Made by a program: the position numbers and the translations under genes. The notes below the pieces were generated by a model, which saw only the letters and a list, made by a program, of their open reading frames with translations, made no database searches and was not told where the DNA came from. From Macrostomum lignano (taxonomy: Eukaryota), in the NCBI GenBank assembly GCA_002269645.1, contig NIVC01002866.1, positions 62,001-126,000 of the forward strand: DNA of 64,000 bases, in the 5' to 3' direction. Every line of letters begins with the position of its first letter. The first letter of the stretch is position 1. Below, piece by piece: positions 1-14,319 of this stretch.

Positions 1-508
1 AACACTTATTCACAGTACAGCCAACACCCCATTCACAGTACAGCCAACACCCCATTCACAGTACAGCCAACACCCCATTCACAGTACAGCCAACACCATT
101 CACAGTACAGCCAACACCCCATTCACAGTACAGCCAACACCCATTCACAGTACAGCCAACACTTATTCACAGTACAGCCAACACCCCATTCACAGTACAG
201 CCAACACCCCATTCACAGTACAGCCAACACCCCATTCACAGTACAGCCAACACCATTCACAGTACAGCCAACACCCATTCACAGTACAGCCAACACCCAT
301 TCACAGTACAGCCAACACCCCATTCACAGTACAGCCAACACCCCATTCACAGTACAGCCAACACCATTCACAGTACAGCCAACACCCATTCACAGTACAG
401 CCAACACCCCATTCACAGTACAGCCAACACCCCATTCACAGTACAGCCAACACCCCATTCACAGTACAGCCAACACCCATTCACAGTACAGCCAACACCC
501 ATTCACAG
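1..508. repeat. Intronic minisatellite, 23-25 bp unit CACAGTACAGCCAACACCC(C)ATT, ~21 copies
   Basis: Direct tandem periodicity. The array ends at the AG (507-508) preceding the eIF2D exon. Confidence 0.97.
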
Positions 509-904
509 GTGTGCTCGGCTTGCATGACACCAGGCTACAGGGTGCTGGACTGTCACGGCGCCGTCTTGCTGGAACGGCGCGGCGCCGCTCCGCGCGTATT
601 GATGCGCGTCGAGTCGCGCGCGTCGAACAAGTGCGTGAGCCTGCTGGCCGGCCTGCCCGACTTCGGGGTGGACGCGGCGCAGTTCGCTAAACGGGTGCAG
701 CGCGCGCTCTCAGTCAGCGCGGGTGTACAGTCGGCGCCCACCTGCGGAGGCTCCGGCGAGGTGGTGTCGGTGCAAGGCGACCAGCTGGCTTACCTGTACC
801 GGCTGCTCACGGAGGACTATCAGATTTCTAAGAAATATGTCACCGGCTTCACGCCCGGCGGCAAGAAAAAGAAAAACAAGAGCAATAATAAAGGAAAGAA
901 GTGA
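509..904 (+). CDS. EIF2D: Terminal exon of eIF2D/ligatin (C-terminal SUI1 domain); gene begins upstream of the window
   Basis: Acceptor ttcacag|GTG, phase 0. Translation RASNKCVSLLAGLPDFGVDA...VQGDQLAYLYRLLTEDYQISKKYVTG resembles the eIF2D SUI1 region (RASNKKVT..LE.YGLD, QIQGNQ, LL.EEYQLP.K.I.G) with a Lys-rich tail. Confidence 0.85.
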   Translation: MCSACMTPGYRVLDCHGAVLLERRGAAPRVLMRVESRASNKCVSLLAGLPDFGVDAAQFAKRVQRALSVSAGVQSAPTCGGSGEVVSVQGDQLAYLYRLLTEDYQISKKYVTGFTPGGKKKKNKSNNKGKK

Positions 905-1126
905 TTGGATGCCTTTGAATGCTGTTCTGATTGAGGCACAGCCTTCGCGGCATAAATATATATTTTATCAGCATATATTGCATTTTTGGTGCTGTCTTTA
1001 AGAAGAATTGAAAATTTACTATGTTAATGGCATTGTTTTTTTGCAATTGAAATAATCGTCACTTGCTTTTTACAGTAGATTAGTTAGTTGTGTTTTGCAT
1101 GTTTGTCGGTCAATGAGTTATGTAGT

Positions 1127-1191
1127 TAGTCAGTCAGTCAGTCAGTCACCCACTCACTCAAGTCAGTCAGTCAGTCAGTCAGTCAGTCAGT
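1127..1191. repeat. Short (CAGT)n microsatellite with internal linker CACCCACTCACTCAAG
   Basis: Direct reading. It is the reverse complement of the compound array at 4543-6661. Confidence 0.9.
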
Positions 1192-1760
1192 AACTAAGAA
1201 GGTCAGTATGGAACCGGAATCTTAATCTTAATTTGATCTTGCAACGAGCCTAAAACTGTTGCTGACTCATGCCACGTGACTGGATGGAATTTCGCAGAAA
1301 AGACCCGAGGCTAACCGTGGAATTAACGGCAGAGAATTGCAACTTGGCACAGCTCTTAGTTGGAATTGACTATAAACAAATATTGCAGTCACTACATGGG
1401 CCTACCTGGCCGGGGAATGATTTGCACACAGTTGGGCACCTGCTGATCTATCTAGAGGCACAAATACATGTATTAAAAACTGCTTAACATGTAGACTGTA
1501 CTAGTTAACAGGTGAAACCGTTGTTCCACAGGTGTAAAGCTACTAATTAACAGGTGAAAGCAGAAGAAGTTCTCATCAAGCACAAGCGGTGCAGCCATCC
1601 AGCCCAACAGGTATCCGGTCCAAACATTCAGCTTTCTGTTTACACAAGTTCGCTAGTGCGACTGCTTGCAGTAAACATTTCTAATCAATAAGATAAACAG
1701 CCTTTTTCTTGAAATAGACGTCATTACTGATTTTAACTTTAATTTCTAATCAAGTCTGGG

Positions 1761-1840
1761 TGACTCATCATCGTTAAAAGTTGCACATTCTGTCACATGA
1801 CAATTGCGCAGCTGAACCTGCAGCAGAGGCAGGCTATAAA
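1761..1840 (+). promoter_or_regulatory. Cathepsin L core promoter: AP-1-type TGACTCA (1761), CLEAR/M-box-like GTCACATGAC (1792-1801), TATAAA (1835-1840)
   Basis: Motifs read directly 85-165 bp upstream of the ATG at 1925. Function is inferred. Confidence 0.55.
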
Positions 1841-1924
1841 GCACCGATTCAAAGGCCTCTCCGCACCTCTTGCGCCTGGCCCTCAGTTCACTTTAACCCG
1901 CTCCCGTGCTGAACTGCCGCAACA

Positions 1925-4101
<2,177 letters not shown>

Positions 4102-4542
4102 TTTGATTGGCTGAGTTGAGATTCAATGTCTGACTATTTAACAGTTCAGCGTACTGAATTATTGCACTGCATGTGATACGGTGATTGATGGGTGCCGAAC
4201 AGCAAATGTGCCTGGAGATCCAGTTTGCTGCGTGCCTACAAATGCAATAAAAATCATCAACGCACTAAAATGCTTCTATAGCTCGTATATGCAATAATTG
4301 CCTTCTCTCAATCAATCCAATTTTAGCATTACGTGTGCATACATACTACTGTTGAATCTCGACGATTCAGCATGTGTTCAACACGTTTTCTTCTATAAAA
4401 TAAACTGGCCTCTTTCTGCTGCTCTTTTTGACTGTCCGAAAGTTCTTTACCAATCCAAGTTTAAGTTCGCCAAAAAGCGGCAAAACTGCTTTTTCACTTC
4501 TTGCGGCAGGAACTGCGGCAGCGCCCGAAGCATCCCCCACAT

Positions 4543-6661
4543 ACTGACTGACTGACTGACTGACTGACTGACTGACTGACTGACTGACTGACTGACTGAC
4601 TGACTGACTGACTGACTGACTGACTGACTGACTGACTGACTGACTGACTGACTGACTGACTGACTGACTGACTGACTGACTGACTGACTGACTGACTGAC
4701 TGACTTGAGTGAGTGGGTGACTGACTGACTGACTGACTGACTGGCTGACTGACTGACTGACTGACTGACTGACTGACTGACTGACTGACTGGCTGACTGG
4801 CTGACTGACTGACTGACTGACTGACTGACTGACTGACTGACTGACTGACTGACTGACTGACTGACTGACTGACTGACTGACTGACTGACTGACTGACTGA
4901 CTGACTGACTGACTGACTGACTGACTGACTGACTGACTGACTGACTGACTGACTGACTGACTGACTGACTGACTGACTGACTGACTGACTGACTGACTGA
5001 CTGACTGACTGACTGACTGACTGACTGACTGACTGACTGACTGACTGACTGACTGACTGACTGACTGACTGACTGACTGACTGACTGACTGACTGACTGA
5101 CTGACTGACTGACTGACTGACTGACTGACTGACTGACTGACTTGAGTGAGTGGGTGACTGACTGACTGACTGACTGACTGGCTGACTGACTGACTGACTG
5201 ACTGACTGACTGACTGACTGACTGACTGGCTGACTGGCTGACTGACTGACTGACTGACTGACTGACTGACTGACTGACTGACTGACTGACTGACTGACTG
5301 ACTGACTGACTGACTGACTGACTGACTTGAGTGAGTGGGTGACTGACTGACTGACTGACTGACTGGCTGACTGACTGACTGACTGACTGACTGACTGACT
5401 GACTGACTGACTGACTGACTGGCTGACTGGCTGACTGACTGACTGACTGACTGACTGACTGACTGACTGACTGACTGACTGACTGACTGACTGACTGACT
5501 GACTGACTGACTGACTGACTGACTGACTGACTGACTGACTGACTGACTGACTGACTGACTGACTGACTGACTGACTGACTGACTGACTGACTGACTGACT
5601 TGAGTGAGTGGGTGACTGACTGACTGACTGACTGACTGGCTGACTGACTGACTGACTGACTGACTGACTGACTGACTGACTGACTGGCTGACTGGCTGAC
5701 TGACTGACTGACTGACTGACTGACTGACTGACTGACTGACTGACTGACTGACTGACTGACTGACTGACTGACTGACTGACTGACTGACTGACTGACTGAC
5801 TGACTGACTGACTGACTGACTGACTGACTGACTGACTGACTGACTGACTGACTGACTGACTGACTGACTGACTGACTGACTGACTGACTGACTGACTGAC
5901 TGACTGACTGACTGACTGACTGACTGACTGACTGACTGACTGACTGACTGACTGACTGACTGACTGACTGACTGACTGACTGACTTGAGTGAGTGGGTGA
6001 CTGACTGACTGACTGACTGACTGGCTGACTGACTGACTGACTGACTGACTGACTGACTGACTGACTGACTGGCTGACTGGCTGACTGACTGACTGACTGA
6101 CTGACTGACTGACTGACTGACTGACTGACTGACTGACTGACTGACTGACTGACTGACTGACTGACTGACTGACTGACTGACTGACTGACTGACTGACTGA
6201 CTGACTGACTGACTGACTGACTGACTGACTGACTGACTGACTGACTGACTGACTGACTGACTGACTGACTGACTGACTGACTGACTGACTGACTGACTGA
6301 CTGACTGACTGACTGACTGACTGACTGACTGACTGACTGACTGACTGACTGACTGACTGACTGACTGACTGACTGACTGACTGACTGACTGACTGACTGA
6401 CTGACTGACTGACTTGAGTGAGTGGGTGACTGACTGACTGACTGACTGACTGGCTGACTGACTGACTGACTGACTGACTGACTGACTGACTGACTGACTG
6501 ACTGACTGACTGACTGACTGACTGACTGACTGACTGACTGACTGACTGACTGACTGACTTGAGTGAGTGGGTGACTGACTGACTGACTGAGGGGGTGACT
6601 GACTTGAGTGAGTGGGTGACTGACTTGAGTGAGTGGGTGACTGACTGACTGACTGACTGAC
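4543..6661. repeat. 2.1 kb compound (CTGA)n microsatellite with recurring TTGAGTGAGTGGGTGA linker and CTGG variants (higher-order repeat)
   Basis: Direct reading. Linker recurs near 4706, 5142, 5327, 5600, 5985, 6415 and 6559, and twice more near 6604-6650. Confidence 0.97.
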
Positions 6662-7154
6662 CGTCGAGATACTTCTTGTCTAAGCGACCTTTCGCTGACC
6701 CCAGTTCACTATAGTCGCATTTTTGTTATTGCATATTATTTAGTTAAAGGCCGTCACTGATTTATTGTGTGCGCAAATTATTTATTTGAATTTCTGAAGT
6801 TGACCAAATTATTGCTCTGCTGTACAAGTGTAAAGACCAGTGCTTAGTGTAACCTGTGCGCTTTTTATTTTGCACCTTAAGATTGTAGCGATTGAGTAGC
6901 AAACTCTAAGAAATGTTCCCGCAGCCAGAAAAGAACATGCAAATATCTTTACCTTAGTTTATGGCCGTACCTCTCTCGCTTATAAAAATCAGTAAATACA
7001 GGCTGTGCCAGAAGTCGGGATCAGACACACAGTTGTTTTTAATTGAGCAACCAATCTGAAGTCTCTTGTAATTTTGAGTTCCTGTTGTTCAACTGAGACT
7101 GCTCTTGTTTATTTCTGAGAACTCCAACTGAGAGCCTGAGCTAGCTGCATCACA

Positions 7155-10100
7155 ATGAACAACAGCGGCAACAGTGCGGACGGGAAGAAGGCGGAGGGGA
7201 GCAGCTCGGGTCTGTCTCCAAGTGAGTCTGCGAGTGACTGCTTTACTGAAGCCAATGAGGAATTGTTCAGACTGGAATTATTGTACATGCTGACACATTT
7301 CATTTATCCGCGCAGGGGCGTGCATTGCATTGGCTGTGTTCACCTCCTGTTTCGGAGCCACGTTCGTGTTTGGCTATTGCATCTCTGTGCTCAACTCGCC
7401 CAGACAGGTGAGAAAGTCGTGCTCTCTGCTAATGTGTTATATAGAGGGGTAGAGTGGGTGAGGGGTAGAGTGGGTGAGGGGTAGAGCGGCTGAGGGGTAG
7501 AGTGGGTGAGGGGTAGAGCGGGTGAGGGGTTGAGTGGGTGAGGGGTAGAGTGGACCAGGGGTAGAGCGGGTGAGGGGTAGAGTGTGTGAGGGGTAGAGTG
7601 TGTGAGGGGTAGAGCGGGTGAGGGGTAGAGTTGGCTGAGGGGTAGAGTGGCTGAGGGGTAGAGTGGCTGAGGGTAGAGCGGGTGAGGGTAGAGTGGACGA
7701 GGGGTAGAGCGGGTGAGGGGTAGAGTGGACGAGGTGGAGAGTGGGTGAAGTGGAGAGTGGGTGAAGTGGAGAGTGGGTGAGGGGTAACCGAGAAGCCCCA
7801 CCGGAACCTGCAACCTTGCAGAAAATCGAGTGCTTTTTCCTGCGCACTTGGCTGTCGTCATTCACGCTGAAAAACTCTTCAATAGACCGGGGCGCTTTTC
7901 TTGACAACTGCATCAAGGAGGAGCAGCTCTCGGATCGGCTGTCATCTAGAGACGACAACAGATTGCGCTGGATGTACACCATGACTCAGGTGGTGTGGGT
8001 TGTCTTCGCCGCTGTTGGGGCTTCATGACCAGCCTTATTAGCGAGCGATTCGGCAGGTGAGCGACTTGAAAACCAGCTCTCACCCCAGCTCTCACCCCAG
8101 CTCTCACCCCAGCTCTCACCCCAGCTCTCACCCCAGCTCTCACCCCAACTCTCACCCCAGCTCTCACCCCAGCTCTCACCCACCCCCACCCACCCCTCAC
8201 TCACCCCTCACTCGCCCACCTCACCTAGGTCTCACTATATTCCATTCCAGGCGAACAGGCCTGGTTATGGCCAACGTATTCTCAGTGCTGGCTGCCATAT
8301 CCATCGCCCCAACACTCGCTGCGAACTCGCCTATTTTTGTGTACATCACCAGAGCTCTGTCAGGCCTTCACAACGGTAAGCTGTTTCGATCTCTTATTTT
8401 ATGAAGCATTTTACCATCTGCTTACAGTTTATCCAATGAAACCGTTTATCCTATGAATTCATTATTCCTCACTGATCCCACTGCCCTTCAGGCCTGACCA
8501 TCCCCATGACGTCAATGTACGTCACTGAGATCGTGCCTATTCGACTCCGCGGCGCCATCGGCTCCAGCGGGCAGCTGTCAATCACCATTGGCATCTTCGT
8601 TGGCGGCCTGGTCGGCCTGGAACAGGCGCTCAACCGCGAGAAGTACTGGGTGGTCGCCATCGCTCTGAGCGGCTTGCCATCCCTGGTGTCCAGCATTGCG
8701 CTGCCGCTCCTGCCCGAGAGTCCCCGGTTTCTCTACCTCAACAAAGGCGACGAGGCTGCCGCCAAGCAGGCTGTGCAGCGATTCTGCGCTCCCGCCGAAG
8801 TCGACGAAGCTATGCTGGCGTTGAAGTCGGAGAAGGTCAAGATGGAACAACAGGAGGCGGCGGAGAAGTTCTCTATTGGGACTCTGTTTACCAGCAAGCG
8901 GTACCGCATGGCCCTGCTGATCACCCTGGTGCTGGTGGTGGTGCAGCAGCTCAGCGGCATCAATGTGGTGAGTGCGTCATCTTCTGAGTACTCTGCTAAT
9001 TCTTCTCAAAGCCGATTCTGTTGCATTTGTTGCAGATTCTGTTGTTACATTTGTTGCAGATTCTGTTGTTACATTTGTTGCAGATTCTGTTATTGCATTT
9101 GTTGCAGATTCTGTTGCATTTGTTGCAGATTCTGTTGTTGCATTTGTTGCAGATTCTGTTGTTGCATTTGTTGCAGATTCTGTTGTTGCATTTGTTGCAG
9201 ATTCTGTTATTACATTCGTTGCAGATTCTGTTAAATTTGTTGCAGATTCTGTTGCATTTGTTGCAGATTCTGTTATTGCATTTGTTGCAGATTCTGTTGC
9301 AGTTGTTGCAGATTCTGTTGCAGTTGTTGCAGATTCTGTTGCAGTTGTTGCAGATTCTGTTGCAGTTGTTGCAGATTCTGTTGCAGTTGTTGCAGATTCT
9401 GTTGCATTTGTTGCAGATTCTGTTGTTGCATTTGTTGCAGATTCTGTTGTTGCATTTGTTGCAGATTCTGTTGCAGTTGTTGCAGATTCTGTTGCAGTTG
9501 TTGCAGATTCTGTTGCAGTTGTTGCAGATTCTGTTGCAGTTGTTGCAGATTCTGTTGCAGTTGTTGCAGATTCTGTTGCAGTTGTTGCAGATTCTGTTGC
9601 AGTTGTTGCAGATTCTGTTGCATTTGTTGCAGATTCTGTTGCATTTGTTCCAGATTCTGTTGTTACATTTGTTGCAGATTCTGTTGTTACATTTGTTGCA
9701 GATTCTGTTATTACATTTGTCGCAGATTCCTTGGCGGATTCTTGCCTCTTATTTGGCTGCCTGCTGAATAACCATGATTGTTCCTATATCATCGTGCATG
9801 CCCCTCCCAGGTGATGCAATACTCCAGCATCATGCTTGAGAACACTGGAGTCCAGAAGTCCACGGTGCCGCTGGTGACACTCGGTGTGTACGCACTGAAC
9901 GTGCTGTCAACCATCGTGGCTCTGCCCATCCTGGAGAAGTTCGGCCGCCGGCTCCTGCTGCTGCTGTCTCTGGCCATTGTGCTGGTGAGCCTGGTGGCTC
10001 TGCTGATAGTCAGCCAGTTCACGCCCAAGTCCTTCAGCACCGCCACAGCCACCCAGAAGGCTCTGTCTGGAGTTGCCTGCGCTCTCGTCTTCATCTACGT

Positions 10101-10488
10101 TGTCGGGTTCGCCATCGGTCTCGGCTGCATCACCGTCATGTACATCAGCGAGATTTTCCAGCAGAAAGCCCGCGGAGCCGCCAACTCAGTTGCTATGGGA
10201 GTGCTGCAGACCAGCAACGCTCTGGTTGTGCTCACCTACTACACCTTGGAGAAGTCTCTGGGGCATTTCGTCTACCTGATCTACATTGTGCCGGTCACCG
10301 CCGGCCTGGTGTTTCTGTTCTTCTTCATGCCCGAGACGAAGAACCGCAGCACCGATGACATCGCAGATGAGCTGTCGGCCAAGCTGGGCGGGCCGAGGAC
10401 GGAAGCAGGCGACCAGCAGAAGGAGGTCGCTGCTGCTGATGCTATGAAAACTGCGAAATCTTCCACCGCTGAGCAAGAAGCCGACTGA
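7155..10488 (+). CDS. GLUT/SLC2-family sugar porter (MFS); exons 7155-7221, 7316-7407, 7822-8056, 8251-8375, 8492-8967, 9811-10488; 1-nt frameshift in exon 3 (G-run 8017-8020)
   Basis: TM1 LAVFTSCFGATFVFGYCISVLNSP, RFGRR, EIVPIRLRGAIG..GQL, PESPRFL, QQLSGIN, EKFGRR, PETKNRS. All junctions are GT-AG and phase-compatible once one G is restored at 8017-8020. Confidence 0.9.
7445..7785. repeat. G-rich 16 bp minisatellite GGGTGAGGGGTAGAGT (GLUT intron 2)
   Basis: Direct periodicity. Confidence 0.93.
8075..8180. repeat. 12 bp repeat CTCTCACCCCAG (GLUT intron 3)
   Basis: Direct periodicity, ~9 copies. Confidence 0.93.
9012..9730. repeat. 21/24 bp minisatellite GCAGATTCTGTTGCA(G/T)TTGTT (GLUT intron 5)
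   Basis: Direct periodicity. Explains the spurious poly-LQ, poly-C and poly-Q ORFs. Confidence 0.95.
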
Positions 10489-10654
10489 GCTCAGTGAAGG
10501 CATTCACTGCCTGAGAAACTCTGGAGAGAAGCTCTGAGTCTTTTGGGGAATTTCTGCTTTTTTGAAAATTCAACAAAACGTAGCTTCTGGAAAATTTATA
10601 ACTAAATTTTTAACTGAAATTTTTGTCTGCTTTTTTTTATCTAAAACTGTTTAT

Positions 10655-11192
10655 AATCTGAAACAGTTTATCCTCTGAAAGTTTATCCTCTAAAACAGTT
10701 TACAATCTGAAACAGCTTATCCTCTGAAACAGTTTATCCTCTGAAACAGTTTATCCTCTGAAACAGTTTACAATCTGAAACAGTTTACAATCTGAAACAG
10801 TTTACAATCTGAAACAGTTTACAATCTGAAACAGTTTATCCTCTGAAACAGTTTATCCTCTGAAACAGTTTACAATCTGAAACAGTTTATCCTCTGAAAC
10901 AGTTTACAATCTGAAACAGTTTACAATCTGAAACAGTTTACAATCTGAAACAGTTAAAAATCTGAAACAGTTTATCCTCTGAAACAGTTTACAATCTGAA
11001 ACAGTTTATCCTCTGAAACAGTTTACAATCTGAAACAGTTTACAATCTGAAACAGTTAAAAATCTGAAACAGTTTATCCTCTGAAACAGTTTACAATCTG
11101 AAACAGTTTATCCTCTGAAACAGTTTACAATCTGAAACAATTTACAATCTGAAACAGTTTATCATCTGAAACAGTTTATCATCTGAAACAGC
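10655..11192. repeat. 17/18 bp minisatellite TCTGAAACAGTTTA(CAA/TCC)
   Basis: Direct periodicity downstream of the GLUT stop. Confidence 0.93.
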
Positions 11193-11604
11193 TTAATTTT
11201 AATTTTCAATGGTAACCCATGTCCTGATTTTATAAGTAAAAAGCGTTAAACATGCGACGCCTCCCAAAATGGTCATTGTCGATCTGTGAAACTCTGAAAT
11301 GTGAAATTAACGCTTAAAAGCTTCAAATGACAGTTGCAGTTTATTCAACTGCTTGCATTAATTTTCAGATGCAAATCTGTACTTAATATTCGAATCACAA
11401 ATGTATGCTGACTGGTTGCGTCAGAGAGCTGAAGCCATTGAAGAATTGAAAACTTTCACAACCACTGGAACATTCAGCGGCAGTCAAAGCGCCTCAATGC
11501 TTTTAGTTTTTTTATTCTGTACAACAAATTGTTTTCTGTTACTGTTAGTAGTGTGATTCTCTGTAACAGTAACATGGTTCTTTCTCAGTAGCATGATTTG
11601 TCTG

Positions 11605-12006
11605 TGTCAGTATCAGTAGTGTGATATTGTCTGTATCAGTAGTGTGATATTGTCTGTATCAGTAGTGTGATATTGTCTGTGTCAGTAGTGTGATATTGTC
11701 TGTATCAGTAGTGTGATATTGTCTGTATCAATAGTGTGATATTGTCTGTATCAGTAGTGTGATATTGTCTGTATCAGTAGTGTGATATTGTCTGTATCAA
11801 TAGTGTGATATTGTCTGTATCAGTAGTGTGATATTGTCTGTATCAATAGTGTGATATTGTCTGTATCAATAGTGTGATATTGTCTGTATCAGTAGTGTGA
11901 TATTGTCTGTATCAATAGTGTGATATTGTCTGTCAGTAGTGTGATATTGTCTGTCAGTAGTGTGATATTGTCTGTCAGTAGTGTGATATTGTCTGTCAGT
12001 AGTGTG
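11605..12006. repeat. 21-23 bp minisatellite CAGTAGTGTGATATTGTCTGTAT
   Basis: Direct periodicity. Confidence 0.93.
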
Positions 12007-12097
12007 ACTTTATCAATGATTGTAAAACACAGAAACTGTTCTAGCTTCGGAGAGCTCGTAATTACTTGAGTTGTGTATATTTATCCATTGCAGCCAC

Positions 12098-13004
12098 TGG
12101 TGAGTGAGTGAGTGAGTGAGTGAGAGTGTGAGTGAGTGAGTGAATGAGTGAGTGAGTGAGTGAGTGAGTGAGTGAGTGAGTGAGTGAGTGAGTGAGTGAG
12201 TGAGTGAGTGAGTGAGTGAGTGAGTGAGTGAGTGAGTGAGTGAGTGAGTGAGTGAGTGAGTGAGTGAGTGAGTGAGTGAGTGAGTGAGTGAGTGAGTGAG
12301 TGAGTGAGTGAGTGAGTGAGTGAGTGAGTGAGTGAATGAGTGAGTGAAGGAGTGAGTGAGTGAATGAGTGAGTTATGAATGCGTTCAAAAGTGAGTTTAT
12401 GAGTTGAGTGAGTCATGGGTGAGTTCATGAGGGAGTTCATAAGTGAGTTTATGAGTTGAGTGAGTCATGGGTGAGTTCATGAGTGAGTTCATAAGTGAGT
12501 TTATGAGTTGAGTGATTCATGGGTGAGTTCATGAGTGAGTCATGAGTGAGTTTATGAGTGAGTTCATGAGTGAGTTTATGAGTTGAGTGAGTCATGGGTG
12601 AGTTCATGAGTGAGTTCATGAGTGAGTTTATGAGTTGAGTGAGTCATGGGTGAGTTCATGAGTGAGTTCATAAGTGAGTTTATGAGTTGAGTGAGTCATG
12701 GGTGAGTTCATGAGTGAGTTCATAAGTGAGTTTATGAGTTGAGTGAGTCATGGGTGAGTTCATGAGTGAGTCATGAGTGAGTTCATGAGTGAGTTCATGA
12801 GTGAGTTTATGAGTTGAGTGAGTCATGGGTGAGTTCATGAGTGAGTTCATGAGTGAGTTTATGAGTTGAGTGAGTCATGGGTGAGTTCATGAGAGAGTTC
12901 ATGAGTGAGTTTATGAGTTGAGTGAGTCATGGGTGAGTTCATGAGTGAGTTCATGAGTGAGTTTATGAGTTGAGTGAGTCATGGGTGAGTTCATGAGTGA
13001 GTTC
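12098..13004. repeat. (GAGT)n microsatellite (12098-12375) grading into a derived ~41 bp satellite GAGTTGAGTGAGTCATGGGTGAGTTCATGAGTGAGTTTAT
   Basis: Direct reading. Confidence 0.93.
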
Positions 13005-13469
13005 AGGAGTTTTTAAAAAAGCTTTGCGCATTCTTTTTTAAAACAACACACCGCTGATGAAATGACAAAAGCGTGCAAAGAGTCATAACTACAAAATTAT
13101 GACTGATTTCTCTAGTCCTCTGCGCCGTCGAACTGTCTGGAATCTCCCCTCGTTCAGTTAGGTTGTGATTCTTTGCTGCTGCTTCATCAATACTCAAGAG
13201 CTGTCATCCTGCCAGTGGCAGCAGCGGCGCTCTGTGTTTAAAATCTCATCACGACAGCCCAAGTGAACAAGGGAAGGATTCAGGCAAACACAGGGGCAGA
13301 GAGGCGCAGAAGACTCTTGGAGCTTGAAAAAAACAGCTGTTGGGGAAATTAAGGCGCTGGGGCTTGGATTTTTTAATGGCTTTTTGACCGCGGCTGGGGG
13401 GCGCTGGGTGTCAGCCTGATTTGAAGGATTTTTGGCAGGAAACTGGGAGAGAGATGCAGGGTGTCACAG

Positions 13470-14012
13470 AGAGTGGCAGAAAGCTATTGGGACACATTGG
13501 GAGTCACAAAGAGTCACGGTGATTCACAGGAAGTTACAGTGAGTCATAACGTTGGGACACATTGGGAGTCACAAAGAGTCACGGTGATTCACAGGAAGTT
13601 ACAGTGAGTCATAACGTTGGGACACATTGGGAGTCACAAAGAGTCACGGTGATTCACAGGAAGTTACAGTGAGTCATAACGAGCCATATAGAATCACAAA
13701 GAATCACAGACAGTCAAAAAGAGTTATCGAGAGTCACAGGAAGTCACGAAGAGTCGCGGAGTGTTGCGAGAAGTCCCAGCAGTGTGTCTCGGAGAGTCAC
13801 AGAGTGTCTCGGAGAGTCACAGAGTGTCTTGGAGAGTCACAGAGTGTCTCGGAGAGTCACAGAGTGTTACGGAGAGTCACAGAGTGTCTCGGAGAGTCAC
13901 AGAGTGTCTTGGAGAGTCACAGAGTGTCTCGGAGAGTCACAGAGTGTTACGGAGAGTCACAGAGTGTTACGGAGAGTCACTGGGAGTCACAGGGTGTCAG
14001 GGAGAGTCACAC
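13470..14012. repeat. 20 bp GGAGAGTCACAGAGTGTCTC array preceded by a ~66 bp triplicated unit
   Basis: Direct periodicity. Confidence 0.88.
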
Positions 14013-14319
14013 AGAAGTGTCTCTACCGAGAAGGTTCCCAGCGACTAAGTCGGAAAGATGTCAGGCACCGATACTTACCGAAATGGCTAGGAAGTTTGCA
14101 GCGTTGCGGCTAAGGCTGCTCGCAGCTTCAGAACACAGCAAAGGGCGCGCAAAAGGGAACAATTCGCTGCCTACTCTGTGGATGAGATGAAGAATACTGT
14201 GGGATGGGAATTTTTTATAAGGGTCATCCTCATTGGCCAGATTCAAGTTTTTCTTCTTCCCTTCCTGTATCCTGCATTAGAAATTAGTGGTAAACTCATT
14301 CACTCCTTCATTCATTCAC

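Noticed and set aside
7445-7785. G-quadruplex-forming array as a distinct system
   Set aside because: G-runs are present, but nothing distinguishes this array from the many other intronic minisatellites; no supporting evidence from sequence alone.
8972-9814. Poly-VAD, poly-LQ and Cys-rich ORFs
   Set aside because: Lie inside GLUT intron 5, defined by matching GT-AG phases.
14071-14080. ATACTTACC resembling the U1 snRNA 5' end
   Set aside because: Similarity stops after 9 nt, with no U1 stem-loops or Sm site; better read as a minus-strand donor consensus.
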